Positions 10,310-19,517 of a stretch of 64,000 nt of DNA are shown here, one piece after another; position 1 is the stretch's first letter, and each line of letters begins with the position of its first letter. The notes below the pieces were generated by a model. The model made no database searches. It saw only the letters and a program-made list of their open reading frames with translations, and was not told where the DNA came from. The stretch is from an uncultured delta proteobacterium (GTDB lineage Bacteria > Myxococcota_A > Polyangia > Fen-1088): the NCBI GenBank assembly GCA_963767925.1, contig CAVYGB010000008.1:1344001-1408000 (forward strand). The letters run 5' to 3'. Position numbers and translations under genes: made by a program.

Positions 10310-11596
10310 TTACAAGCTCTCGGCGGCGGCGGCGCCCACTTGCGCACCCTGCTCGGCCGCGCGCTCCGGGCCGAGGTAGCCGGTCACGTCTCCGGCGACG
10401 AACACGCCAGGCAGGCAGACGCCCGACCCCGAGGTCTTCACGCAGAATCCGCCCCGCTCGAGGTCGAGGCTCACGCGGGCGCCGTGCTGTCGGGGCAGCT
10501 CCGAAGCCGGGGCGGGCAGGGCGCCCATGGCGAAGACATCCCGGCTCAGATCCAGCCTGGGCAGGGCCCCGGCCCCGGACATCGCGACCTCCACCCCCCG
10601 CTCGACGAGCCCCTGGGCCAGCCGCTCGAGGTAGGCAGGGGGGTTGTCGACCGGCTGCACGATGACCACCCGACGGCCCGGCCGGATGCCCCAGCGGAAG
10701 GCCAGGCGACCGACGGCCCGCGCGGCGAGCACGCCGGGCCGGTCGGCGTCGGGCAAGGGCAGGTTCTGATCGTAGGCCCCGGTGGCGTAGAGAAACCGGC
10801 GGGCCGAGATCCGGGCCAGGCCCTCGGGGCGGCTCACCGCCAGCAGGCCCCCCGGACCATCGACCGCCGGCCGGGCCACCCGATCTCCGGCGAAGTACCC
10901 GATCGCGGTCGCCGACCGCCAGAGCCGGGCCCCCAGCCGCTCGGCCGCGCCGGCCAGCTCCCCGGCACGTGGCCCACCCGCCGGCTCGGCCAGCAGCGAG
11001 CCGCCGGGCCGGTCCTGATCGTCGACCAGCAGCACCGCCAGCCCGGGCCGCCGCTGCAGGGCCGCGGCGGCCGCCGCCAGCCCGGCGGGGCCGGCCCCCA
11101 CGATGCAGAGATCGACCGTCTCGTCCTGGATGGGCGGCAGGTCCTCGGGGGGCTGGTCGGGCAGGGTGCCGCTGCCGCCCATCTGACGGACGACCTTGAC
11201 GAAGAGCTCGTTGGCCAGTCGGTTGCCCGTGAGCAGCTCGTGGTGGTCCATGCCCCGGGGAAACAGCCAGTCGGCCGCCCGCAGCAGGTCGAGCTCAGGA
11301 TCTGGAAACGCGTTCTGGCGGTCGCAGCGCAGCCCGGGACGGGCCGGGACGACACAGGCGCGCAGGTTGGGGCGGCCGTCCACCCGCATGAGGCAGGAGG
11401 CGCAGTGACCGCTGGCGCAGAACAGGCCCCGGGGGCGGTGGTACTTCGGGGAGCGGGCCAGCAGGCGGATCCCCCCGGCGAACAGGGCCACCGCCACCGG
11501 CTCGCCTTCGTGGGCCCGCACCGGCTGGCCATCGAGCTCGATGGTGATCACCGGACCGCGCGGCTCGGCGGTGGGCAGCGTGCGCAGGTCGTCCAA
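10310..11596 (-). CDS. Sarcosine/proline oxidase alpha-like subunit (N-terminal 2Fe-2S plus FAD/NAD-binding domain)
   Basis: RSPKYHRPRGLFCASGHCASCLMRVDG..NLRAC; IVGAGPAGL; YATGA; FVAGD. Confidence 0.85.
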   Translation of the reverse strand: MDDLRTLPTAEPRGPVITIELDGQPVRAHEGEPVAVALFAGGIRLLARSPKYHRPRGLFCASGHCASCLMRVDGRPNLRACVVPARPGLRCDRQNAFPDPELDLLRAADWLFPRGMDHHELLTGNRLANELFVKVVRQMGGSGTLPDQPPEDLPPIQDETVDLCIVGAGPAGLAAAAAALQRRPGLAVLLVDDQDRPGGSLLAEPAGGPRAGELAGAAERLGARLWRSATAIGYFAGDRVARPAVDGPGGLLAVSRPEGLARISARRFLYATGAYDQNLPLPDADRPGVLAARAVGRLAFRWGIRPGRRVVIVQPVDNPPAYLERLAQGLVERGVEVAMSGAGALPRLDLSRDVFAMGALPAPASELPRQHGARVSLDLERGGFCVKTSGSGVCLPGVFVAGDVTGYLGPERAAEQGAQVGAAAAESL

Positions 11597-11606
11597 CGCC
11601 GGTAGT

Positions 11607-12101
11607 TTAGTACTTTATCCGGCCGGCGAGGGACTGCCACAGCTCGAAGGGTGCCTCCGCGCCGGCCAGCGGGATCCGCACGAAGGGCAGCTTCCGCGCG
11701 TCGACCGGGCGGGCCAGCTCCTCGTAGATCAGGGCATCGTCGAAACCGACCGCCGCCGCCTCGGCGCGGGTGGCGGTGTAGTACACCGCCCGCGGCCGGG
11801 CCCAGTAGAGCGCCCCCAGGCACATCGGGCAGGGCTCGCAGCTCGCGTAGACGTCGCAGCCGTCGAGCTGGAACCGGCCCCGGGCGGCGCAGGCCGCGCG
11901 GATCGCCTGCACCTCGGCGTGGGCGGTGGGGTCGTTGCGGGAGACAACCTCGTTGTGGCAGCCCGCCAGCACCCGTCCGCTCTCCACCACCACCGCCCCG
12001 AAGGGCCCGCCGTGGCCGCCCCGCGCGCCCGCCGCCGCCAGGTCGATGGCCATGCGCAGGTACCGCTCGTGGACGGCCGGATCCCCCGCTGGCAGCGTCA
12101 C
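11607..12101 (-). CDS. guaD: Nucleoside/guanine deaminase (cytidine deaminase fold)
   Basis: GGPFGAVV, DPTAHAEV, SCEPCPMCLGALYWAR, GFDDALIY; GTG 12101 overlaps the yggS stop. Confidence 0.8.
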   Translation of the reverse strand: MTLPAGDPAVHERYLRMAIDLAAAGARGGHGGPFGAVVVESGRVLAGCHNEVVSRNDPTAHAEVQAIRAACAARGRFQLDGCDVYASCEPCPMCLGALYWARPRAVYYTATRAEAAAVGFDDALIYEELARPVDARKLPFVRIPLAGAEAPFELWQSLAGRIKY

Positions 12102-12816
12102 GGGCTGGTCTCCCGGGCGCCGAAGATGGCGGTCCCCACCCGGACCAGGGTCGATCCCTGCGCGACCGCCACCTCGAGGTCGTGGCTCATGCCCATCGAC
12201 AGCTCCCGCAGCTCGACGTGTGCCCGGGGCTGCCGGGACTCGGCCTGGCGCAAGGTCTCGACGGCGGCGAAGTGCGGGCGGGCATCCTCGGGGTTTTCGG
12301 TGAGCGGGGGTATCAGCATGAGACCGACACAGCGCAGGTGGGGGAAGCGGGCGAACTGGTCGAGCAGGGCGGGCAGCCCGGCGGGCTCCACCCCCCGTTT
12401 CTGGGTCTCTTTTGCCACGTTGACCTGCACCAGACACGCCTGGATGTCGGTGCCGCCGGCCAGCCGGCGCTCCGTCTCCTCGAGCAGGGCGAGGCTGTCG
12501 AGGGTGTGGATGAGATCGACCTTTCCGGCCAGGTACTTGACCTTGTTGCTCTGGATCGGGCCGATGAAGTGCCAGCGGGGCGAGGGGCCGCCCCCCTCCG
12601 GCAGAGCGGCGCGCTTGTCCCGCAGCTCCTGGGCGTAGTTCTCGCCGAAGTCGACCTGCCCGCAGGCCAGCGCCGCGGCGACGTCGCCGGGCGGCTTGGT
12701 CTTGCTCACCGCCACCAGCCGCACCGACCCGGGGCTCGCCCGGCCGCCCGCTCGGCCCGGGCCAGCCGCTGGCGAACCCGCTCCAGGTTCTCCACGATCT
12801 CCTGCGCTCTCGTCAC
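12098..12816 (-). CDS. yggS: YggS family PLP-binding protein (frameshift near 12735)
   Basis: LVAVSKT, FGENYAQE, WHFIGPIQSNK, ELSMGMSHD, VRVGTAIFG. The N-terminus (VTRAQEIVENLERVRQRL) lies in another frame starting at GTG 12816. Confidence 0.88.
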
Positions 12817-13511
12817 GGGGTCGCCCCGAACCCCGGTGGCGGCCAGCCGGGCAGTCCACCCAGCGCGCGCAGGTCGGCCACCGCCTCGGACAGGGGGAGC
12901 CCCACGACGTTCGTGATCGAGCCCCGGATCTCGCTGGCGAACAGGGCGCCGATCCCCTGGATGGCGTACCCGCCGGCCTTGCCCTGCCACTCGCCCGAGG
13001 CGACGTAGGCCGCGACCTCCTCGCTGGCCAGCAGGCGGAACTTCACCACCGTGATCACCGTCCGCTCGGCCACCGCGCCCGCCCGCTCGATCCGGTAGGC
13101 GGTGATGACCTCGTGGCGCCGGCCGGACAGCGCGCCCAGCATGGCCGCCGCCTCGGCGGCGTCGGCGGGCTTGCCGAGGATGCGGCCCTCGAGGACGACG
13201 ATGGTGTCGGCGGCCAGCACCGGCAGCGGGGGGGCCCCGGCGCCGAGCCGCTCGAGGCAGGCGGCGCACTTCTCGGCCGCCATCCGGCGGACGTAGTCCA
13301 CCGGCCGCTCCCCGGAGTGGGGCGTCTCGTCGATGTCGGCGGGGGCGATCTGCAGGCGCAGCCCGACCCGCGCGAGCAGCTCGGCCCGCCGGGGAGAGGC
13401 GGAGGCCAGCACCAGATCGACCGGTCCAGGATCCCTCGGATGCGCGTTCGGATGTTCGCTGGGAGGATCGCTCGCAAGTCCGATCGGATGTCCGCTCGCA
13501 GGTTCGCTCAC
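12813..13511 (-). CDS. maf: Maf family nucleoside triphosphate pyrophosphatase
   Basis: LVLASASPRRAELL, LAADTIV, ILGKP, GKAGGYAIQG, NVVGLP. Start position uncertain. Confidence 0.92.
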   Translation of the reverse strand: MSEPASGHPIGLASDPPSEHPNAHPRDPGPVDLVLASASPRRAELLARVGLRLQIAPADIDETPHSGERPVDYVRRMAAEKCAACLERLGAGAPPLPVLAADTIVVLEGRILGKPADAAEAAAMLGALSGRRHEVITAYRIERAGAVAERTVITVVKFRLLASEEVAAYVASGEWQGKAGGYAIQGIGALFASEIRGSITNVVGLPLSEAVADLRALGGLPGWPPPGFGATP

Positions 13512-13620
13512 GAAGGGATGTCTAGCCGCTTTTTTTCAGCCCGTCGAACCTCCCCGACACACCCCGCGACCGCCATCCCGGCGGTGGCTGCCTCTGGCGG
13601 TTAGTGGTAGGAACTACGCG

Positions 13621-13698
13621 ATGTCTGGCCACGACCGCTGGTCCAAGATCAAGCACGAGTTCGAGCTCGACGAGCCGCCGGTCGGCGGCGCCAAGTAG
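13621..13698 (+). pseudogene. yebC: 25-aa YebC/PmpR remnant (mini-ORF MSGHDRWSKIKHEFELDEPPVGGAK)
   Basis: Matches the YebC N-terminal signature MxGHxxWxxIKH; AGGA RBS upstream; occupies the usual yebC position before ruvC; its TAG overlaps the ruvC GTG. Confidence 0.7.
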
Positions 13699-14183
13699 TG
13701 GGAGCGGCGGCACCCGGTCGGCGGCGCATTCTGGGGCTGGATCCCGGGACGGTGCGGCTGGGCTACGGAGTCATCGACCACTTCGGCCAGGGCCGGCAGC
13801 AATACGTCGATTGTGGCGTGATCACCGCGCCGACGCGGGCCAGCCGCGATGCGCGCCTCTTGACCATCGGACGCGACCTGCGCGAGCTTCTGCGGGAGCT
13901 TTTGCCCGACGTGGTGGCGATGGAACAGGCTTTTCACGGGAAAAACGCGCAGGCGGCCCTGGCCCTGGGCGAGGCCCGGGGGGTGGCGCTGTTCGTGGCC
14001 CAGGAGCAGGGGCTGGAGGCGGTCGGCTATCCGCCCGCCCGGGTGAAGCTGACCGTGACCGGCCGAGGCGCGGCGACGAAGCTGCAGACCGCCTTCTTCG
14101 TGCGGGCCCTGCTCAAGCTCAGGCGGGCCCCCTCGGCCGATGCGGCCGACGCCCTGGCCATCGCCCTGTGCCACGCCCGCTGA
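13698..14183 (+). CDS. ruvC: Crossover junction endodeoxyribonuclease RuvC
   Basis: ILGLDPG, VAMEQAF, LGEARGV, DAADALAIALCH. Confidence 0.95.
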   Translation: MGAAAPGRRRILGLDPGTVRLGYGVIDHFGQGRQQYVDCGVITAPTRASRDARLLTIGRDLRELLRELLPDVVAMEQAFHGKNAQAALALGEARGVALFVAQEQGLEAVGYPPARVKLTVTGRGAATKLQTAFFVRALLKLRRAPSADAADALAIALCHAR

Positions 14184-14201
14184 CGAGGGGCGGCCGCCCA
14201 G

Positions 14202-14812
14202 ATGATCGCCCACCTGCGCGGCCTGCTGGCCGAACGGGGCCCGGAGGCCGTCGTGATCGACGTGGGCGGGGTGGGCTACGCCGTCACCGTCACGGCGGCG
14301 GCGTTTCGCGCGCTGCCGGCGACGGGCAGCGAGGTACGGCTTTACACCTATACCCACGCCGTCCAGGACGGCCCCCTGCAGCTCTTCGGGTTCGTCGACC
14401 CCGACGAGCGGCGGCTGTTCGAGGCCCTGCTCTCGGTCCAGGGCGTGGGCCCGAAGGTGGCGGTGGCCATCCTCTCGGGTCTGGCGGTCGGTGATCTGGT
14501 CCGGGCCATCGCCGGAGGAGACATCACCCGGCTCACCCAGATCCGCGGGGTGGGGCGCAAGATCGCCGAGCGGCTCGCGGTCGAGCTGCGCGATCGGATC
14601 GCGGCCCTGGGGGTGGGCGGCCGCTCGGCCGAGCCCCTCCCGTCGCCCGGGGCGCGCGCGATCCCCCCGGCCGGCTGGGCGAGGTGCACGGGGCCCTCGT
14701 CGCGCTCGGGTACCGGCCGGCCGAGTTCGAGGGCCTGCTCGGCGGCCTCGACGCGGAACGGCCCACCGCCGACCTCATCAAGCAGGCCCTCGCCGGGCTC
14801 CGGAGAAAGTAG
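14202..14812 (+). CDS. ruvA: Holliday junction branch migration protein RuvA (frameshift near 14665)
   Basis: [38 protein letters not shown]-terminal ALVALGY..LIKQAL continues in another frame to TAG 14812. Confidence 0.92.
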
Positions 14813-15915
14813 TGGCCCGCAAACGACACGACGACGGCAGCGAGCCTGGCCCGCCCGGCGGAGGAGCGGCGGCCCCGCCCGATCGCCTCCTCGCCCCCCA
14901 GGCCACCCCCGGCCGCGACGAGGACGACGCCGCCCTCCGGCCGAAGACCTTCGCGGAGTTCATCGGCCAGCGCAAGGTGGCCGAAAACCTCGCGGTCTAC
15001 GTGACCGCCGCCAAGAAACGGAGCGGAACGCTCGATCACGTCCTGCTGTCGGGGCCGCCCGGCCTCGGCAAGACAACGCTCGCCCACGTGATCGCTCACG
15101 AGCTCGGGAGCGAGACGCGGGTGACCTCCGGACCGGCGCTCGAGCGGAAGGGCGACCTGGCCGGGATCCTGACCTCGCTCGGCCGCGGCGACGTGCTGTT
15201 CATCGACGAGATCCACCGGCTCAGCCCGGTCATCGAGGAGAGCCTGTATCCCGCCATGGAGGACTATCGGATCGAGATCGTGACCGGGGCGGGCGCGGGG
15301 GCCGCGGCCATCACCGTGCCGGTCGAGCACTTCACCCTCGTGGGCGCCACCACCCGCACCGGCCAGCTCACCTCGCCCCTGCTGTCGCGGTTCGGGATCG
15401 TCGAGCGGTTCGACTACTACGGGGCCGAGGAGCTCACCGCCATCGTGAAGCGTTCGGCCCGCCTGCTGGGCATCGTCATCGACGAGGACGGAGCGCGCGA
15501 GCTGGGGCGCCGGGCTCGGGGAACCCCCCGCATCGCCAACCGGCTGCTGCACCGGGTGCGCGACTTCGCGGAGGTGCGCGGCGACGGCCGCGTCACGGCT
15601 CCCGCTGCTGACTATGCCCTCCGGCGCCTCGAGATCGACGAGCTGGGGCTCGACGCCGGCGACCGGCGGATGCTGACGACCATGATCGAGCGCTACGATG
15701 GCGGGCCGGTCGGCATCGAGGCCCTCGCCGCCTCCCTGGCGGAGGATCGCGACACGCTGGAGTACGTCTATGAGCCTTTTCTCATCCAGGAGGGCTTTCT
15801 CATCCGCACGCCGCGTGGTCGGCAGGCCACGGTGAAGGCCTACCAGCACCTGCGCCTGCCGCCGCCGACGCGCCCGCCCGGCGGCCAGGGTGGTGGGCAG
15901 GGCAGCCTTTTCTGA
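14812..15915 (+). CDS. ruvB: Holliday junction DNA helicase RuvB
   Basis: [58 protein letters not shown]. Confidence 0.97.
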   Translation: MARKRHDDGSEPGPPGGGAAAPPDRLLAPQATPGRDEDDAALRPKTFAEFIGQRKVAENLAVYVTAAKKRSGTLDHVLLSGPPGLGKTTLAHVIAHELGSETRVTSGPALERKGDLAGILTSLGRGDVLFIDEIHRLSPVIEESLYPAMEDYRIEIVTGAGAGAAAITVPVEHFTLVGATTRTGQLTSPLLSRFGIVERFDYYGAEELTAIVKRSARLLGIVIDEDGARELGRRARGTPRIANRLLHRVRDFAEVRGDGRVTAPAADYALRRLEIDELGLDAGDRRMLTTMIERYDGGPVGIEALAASLAEDRDTLEYVYEPFLIQEGFLIRTPRGRQATVKAYQHLRLPPPTRPPGGQGGGQGSLF

Positions 15916-15968
15916 ATTTCAGCGGGCTCGTGTCTGTAACAAACCTGGCTTTCCGTGATGTTGGAAAG

Positions 15969-15977
15969 TTATCCACA
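15969..15977 (+). promoter_or_regulatory. Perfect DnaA-box consensus (TTATCCACA), single copy
   Basis: Exact 9-mer in the ruvB downstream intergenic region; function not demonstrated. Confidence 0.35.
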
Positions 15978-16045
15978 GGCTCGCTCTTGTTGCTTTCGGT
16001 CATCCTGACGACCCGCCAGAGGACCACGCCCAGGGACCGACCAAA

Positions 16046-16078
16046 GGGCGACGACGGGGCGACGACGGGGCGACGACG
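16046..16078. repeat. 3 x 11-bp tandem repeat GGGCGACGACG
   Basis: Exact copies at 16046, 16057 and 16068; CCAAAGG occurs on both sides (16041, 16085). Confidence 0.85.
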
Positions 16079-16244
16079 AGGCGGCCAAAGGCAACGACAC
16101 ACCGGACCGAAACGAAACTGCAGGCTCGGTGAAAACAAGCCGAGAAATGCGTGTTCCGGTCCCAATATCTAGTAAGGTGCGACAATGCAGCGGGCGCGGT
16201 GCCACCATGCGCTCAGTCGGCCCCATTTGTCGCTCCATGAGCCG

Positions 16245-16273
16245 AAAAAAGGGAGGCGCGATCTCGCGCCTTC
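16245..16273 (-). terminator. Intrinsic terminator-like hairpin, U-tract on the minus strand
   Basis: A6 followed by the stem GGAGGCGCG-ATCT-CGCGCCTTC. Confidence 0.45.
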
Positions 16274-16310
16274 GATTCGTTTGCGGCCCTGGACATGATG
16301 GGAGAGGTCG

Positions 16311-17687
16311 ATGAGCCTTCTTGATCGCCTGTTCCGGAGGGAAGGAGACGAGAAAGAGCCTGAAGCTGAAGGGCAAGCGCAACCGAACCGCACGACGAGG
16401 CCCCCCAACTCCGAGCAAAAGCCCTCGCGAGGTGCCATGGCAAATTCCAGCCCACACAACCGGACGGCGCCCGAGGCGGTGCGTCCGGTGCCTTCGATGC
16501 CCCGGCCGCAGACTCCCGCTGCTCCACCGCCGGTGACGCGGACCTCGGGTCCGCCGAGGGGCATCGCCCCGCTGGGCCTGGCGCGCCCCTGGTCGCAGCG
16601 CAAGCGGCAACAGCGCGAGGACTCCGGCGCCAACGCCATCGCCTCGTTCATCGAGAAGGCGGTCGACGAGCTCGGCGATCCGGTGATCGATCGCGCCCTC
16701 GACAGCCTCGTCGATCGGACCCCGGTCAACAGCCCGCGCCCCAGCCACGACGGGGTCTCGACGCCGGTCGACCTGGCCGCCGTGCAGGCAACCTACCAGG
16801 AGCTGGCGATCGAATATTGCGCCCCCGTCCGCAACGTCATGATCGAGATTGGCCGGGCCGAGCCGCCGTTGAGCGTGCTCGACTTCGTGCGGCCCGCCAT
16901 CGAATGGCTGCAGGGCACCGCCCGGAAGATGGACCTGACGGAGCTGGCCGGATGCCTCGAGAGCTTCAGCGCGGCGCTGGCGGCCGCGTCACGGGCGACC
17001 CAGTCCACCATCCAGGGTGAGCTGAAGTGGAACCTGCAGCGGGCCTACGCGCCTCTGGTGGTTCACCTGCCCCAGGCCTTCGACATCGAGGGGGAGCGCG
17101 AGCGGCGCGAGCACATCATCCTCCGGTCGCTGCTGCTGCTGGTTCCCGGGGTCGACGCCATGGTCGTGGATCGGATCCTGGCCGCCGGCCTCAACACCCT
17201 GCAGACGCTGTCCAGGGCGCGCGCCGAGGAGCTGGCCGCCGTCGCGGGGCTGGATCGCGACCTGGCCGAGGGCATCGTGGAGGCGCTCCGCGCTGAACGC
17301 ACCGCCGCCGGCTTGAGCCTGGCGGTGGCCGACGTCTCCGAGGAGAAGAAACGCCTCAAGGCCCTCGTGACGAAGCTGTCGAGCGAGCACGAGGCTTTCG
17401 AGCGGGCCGGCCGGGGCTGGACCGAGGCGCACCGCGAGGAGAAGCGGCGCTTCCGCCAGGAGCGAGAGCTCACCTTCTTGCGGGTCAAGGTTGCGCTGGC
17501 CCGGCTCGGGGACGTCGACCGCATCGTCCGGCTCGAGAGGTTGCCTTTCGGCAGCAAGATCCAGGAGCTCGAGACGCAGATGCGGCTCGCGGCCAACGGC
17601 ACCGGGAGCGGGAGCGGGAGCGGGCGGGCTTCCGCCAGCCCACCGCCGCGGCCGGCGAGCGGATCTACGCGCCAGCGCGATACCTGA
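16311..17687 (+). CDS. Hypothetical protein with Pro-rich N-terminus, helical bundle, helix-hairpin-helix domain and coiled-coil C-terminus
   Basis: GGAGAGG RBS; LLLVPGVD..ILAAGLNTLQTL..AEELAAVAGLD..LAEGI resembles RadA/NusA-type HhH repeats. Confidence 0.65.
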   Translation: MSLLDRLFRREGDEKEPEAEGQAQPNRTTRPPNSEQKPSRGAMANSSPHNRTAPEAVRPVPSMPRPQTPAAPPPVTRTSGPPRGIAPLGLARPWSQRKRQQREDSGANAIASFIEKAVDELGDPVIDRALDSLVDRTPVNSPRPSHDGVSTPVDLAAVQATYQELAIEYCAPVRNVMIEIGRAEPPLSVLDFVRPAIEWLQGTARKMDLTELAGCLESFSAALAAASRATQSTIQGELKWNLQRAYAPLVVHLPQAFDIEGERERREHIILRSLLLLVPGVDAMVVDRILAAGLNTLQTLSRARAEELAAVAGLDRDLAEGIVEALRAERTAAGLSLAVADVSEEKKRLKALVTKLSSEHEAFERAGRGWTEAHREEKRRFRQERELTFLRVKVALARLGDVDRIVRLERLPFGSKIQELETQMRLAANGTGSGSGSGRASASPPPRPASGSTRQRDT

Positions 17688-17705
17688 ACGGAGGCCATTG
17701 GAATC

Positions 17706-18965
17706 ATGCCCGACCTGACACGCGATCAACTCCTGCAGAAGCTCAAGCGCGGCGAAAAACTCGAACGCGTCGATCTGCGCGGGCTGGATCTCTCGAAGAC
17801 CACCCTGGCGGGGGCCGCGCTGGCCCGCTCCGACCTGGATGGCGCCAACCTCGAAGGGGCCAATCTGCAGAAGGCCCGCCTGAAGAACGCCACGTTGCGC
17901 GAGGCGTTCCTGGTGGGCGCCGATCTCACGGGCGCGGTGCTCGAGAACGCCGATCTGGAGGGGGCCAAGCTCGACCGGGCCAACCTGTCAGGCGCCAACC
18001 TGGTCCGCGCCAACCTGGAAGGGGCCAGCATGCAGGGCGCGAACCTGAGCGGCGCCTGCCTCAGCTTCGCCCAGATCGCCTCGGCCACGCTCACGGGAGC
18101 GGACCTGCGTGGCGCGGTCCTCACCCACGCCGACCTCGAGCAGACCTGCCTGCGGGGGGCCAAGGCGGTGGGAGCCAACTTCTCGGGGGCCAGCCTGGAG
18201 TCGGCGGCCATCGAGCAGGGCGACTTCAGCGTCGCCGTGTTCAGCGACGCCAAGATGGCGAACCTGAAGGGGACCGGGGCCAGGCTCGGCGGAGCGTCGC
18301 TGCTGCGGGCGGACCTGACGAAGGCGGTCTTGCCGAAGGCCGACCTGCGAGAGGTCGACGCCCGGATGGCGAACTTCACCGGCGCGATCCTCACCGATGC
18401 CCGCCTCACGGGGGCCAAGATCTTCGGCCTGCGCGGCACCGGCGCTCCCCTGGGGAACGTCGAGGCGGAGTGGATCGATGCCAGCACGGCCGGCGACGGG
18501 GCCAAGCGGATCAGCAACGGCGAGATCAGCGCCTTGCTCAGCGGCGGCAGCCAGGGCGACCGCCAGGTGTCCGGGGGCCCCGGCCACCGCTATTTCGGCA
18601 AGGGCGACGTCCTCCGCAACGCCTCCCTCGCCTTCGAGCGGGGGGCCAACGTCGAGATCGACAGCTTCTTCCAGAACTGCTCCATCACCCTCGGCGAGGG
18701 CACCCAGCTCGTGCTCGGCAAAGACGGCGTGCTCGCCGACTGCAAGATCTCCGGTGGGGGAAAGATCGTCATCCACGGCCAGTTCTTCGAGCGCGAGAGC
18801 CCCGGCATCATCGGTCCCAGTGAGCTCACGGTGTCGGCCGACGGAGCGCTGGTGGCGGCGGTTGCCCAGAACGAGTCGCTCACCCGCTTCGCCTTCGAGA
18901 AGGGCTGCAAGCTCCGCGTCAGGATCCTCAAGAACGCGAACGTGAGCGCGAAAGGAAAGGTATGA
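17706..18965 (+). CDS. Pentapeptide repeat protein with C-terminal beta-helix domain
   Basis: About 220 residues of A(D/N)LxG-type pentapeptide repeats; GGAGG RBS; distinct beta-rich C-terminal domain. Confidence 0.88.
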   Translation: MPDLTRDQLLQKLKRGEKLERVDLRGLDLSKTTLAGAALARSDLDGANLEGANLQKARLKNATLREAFLVGADLTGAVLENADLEGAKLDRANLSGANLVRANLEGASMQGANLSGACLSFAQIASATLTGADLRGAVLTHADLEQTCLRGAKAVGANFSGASLESAAIEQGDFSVAVFSDAKMANLKGTGARLGGASLLRADLTKAVLPKADLREVDARMANFTGAILTDARLTGAKIFGLRGTGAPLGNVEAEWIDASTAGDGAKRISNGEISALLSGGSQGDRQVSGGPGHRYFGKGDVLRNASLAFERGANVEIDSFFQNCSITLGEGTQLVLGKDGVLADCKISGGGKIVIHGQFFERESPGIIGPSELTVSADGALVAAVAQNESLTRFAFEKGCKLRVRILKNANVSAKGKV

Positions 18966-19474
18966 GCGACAGCACGAACGGCCGATCCGGGAAGCGAACG
19001 CTCGTCGACGAGGGCACGGAGCTCAAAGGCAGCGTGAAGTCGACCTGTCCGGTCGTCGTGATGGGTCGGGTCGAAGGTGATATCACCGGGCCGTCGGTCG
19101 AGATCGCGGAGAAGGGGACGGTCATCGGGAAGGTGAAGGCGACCCAGTTCACCTCGCACGGAGAGATGTTCGGAGAGATCGAGGCCGACAGCGTCGAGCT
19201 GTCTGGCAAGGTCCGGGACGGCACCGTCATCCGCGCGCGTTCGCTCGACATCAAGGTGAACCGCCAGGGCCCTCGGGAGCCCATCCAGTTCGGCGACTGC
19301 GAGCTGTTCATCGGCGACGAGCCCGACAAGGCCGCGGCCATCGCCCGGGCCACCGCGGCCAACCCGGAGCTCCGCAGCGAAGGTGCCGCGATGACCACCG
19401 AGGCGCCGGATCCCCGGCAGCTCAAGCGGGCCAAGGAAGCGGCCGCCTCCCTCGAACCGGCCGGCAAGAGCTGA
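18962..19474 (+). CDS. Polymer-forming cytoskeletal protein (bactofilin family)
   Basis: TLVDEGTELKGSV..VVVMGRVEGDI..VEIAEKGTVIGKVKA..GEIEA..VELSG bactofilin pattern; ATGA overlap. Confidence 0.85.
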   Translation: MSDSTNGRSGKRTLVDEGTELKGSVKSTCPVVVMGRVEGDITGPSVEIAEKGTVIGKVKATQFTSHGEMFGEIEADSVELSGKVRDGTVIRARSLDIKVNRQGPREPIQFGDCELFIGDEPDKAAAIARATAANPELRSEGAAMTTEAPDPRQLKRAKEAAASLEPAGKS

Positions 19475-19517
19475 CGAGACCGGTGCGGCCGGGCGCGGGA
19501 GGGCGCCCCGCAGTCCG

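Noticed and set aside
16046..16078. Tandem repeat as a CRISPR array
   Set aside because: 11-bp units with no spacers, and no cas genes nearby.
15916..16310. Replication origin
   Set aside because: Only one DnaA box, no clear AT-rich unwinding element, and no dnaA, dnaN or gidA context.
17760..18430. 15-bp periodic DNA repeats as a non-coding repeat element
   Set aside because: Fully explained by the pentapeptide-repeat coding sequence.
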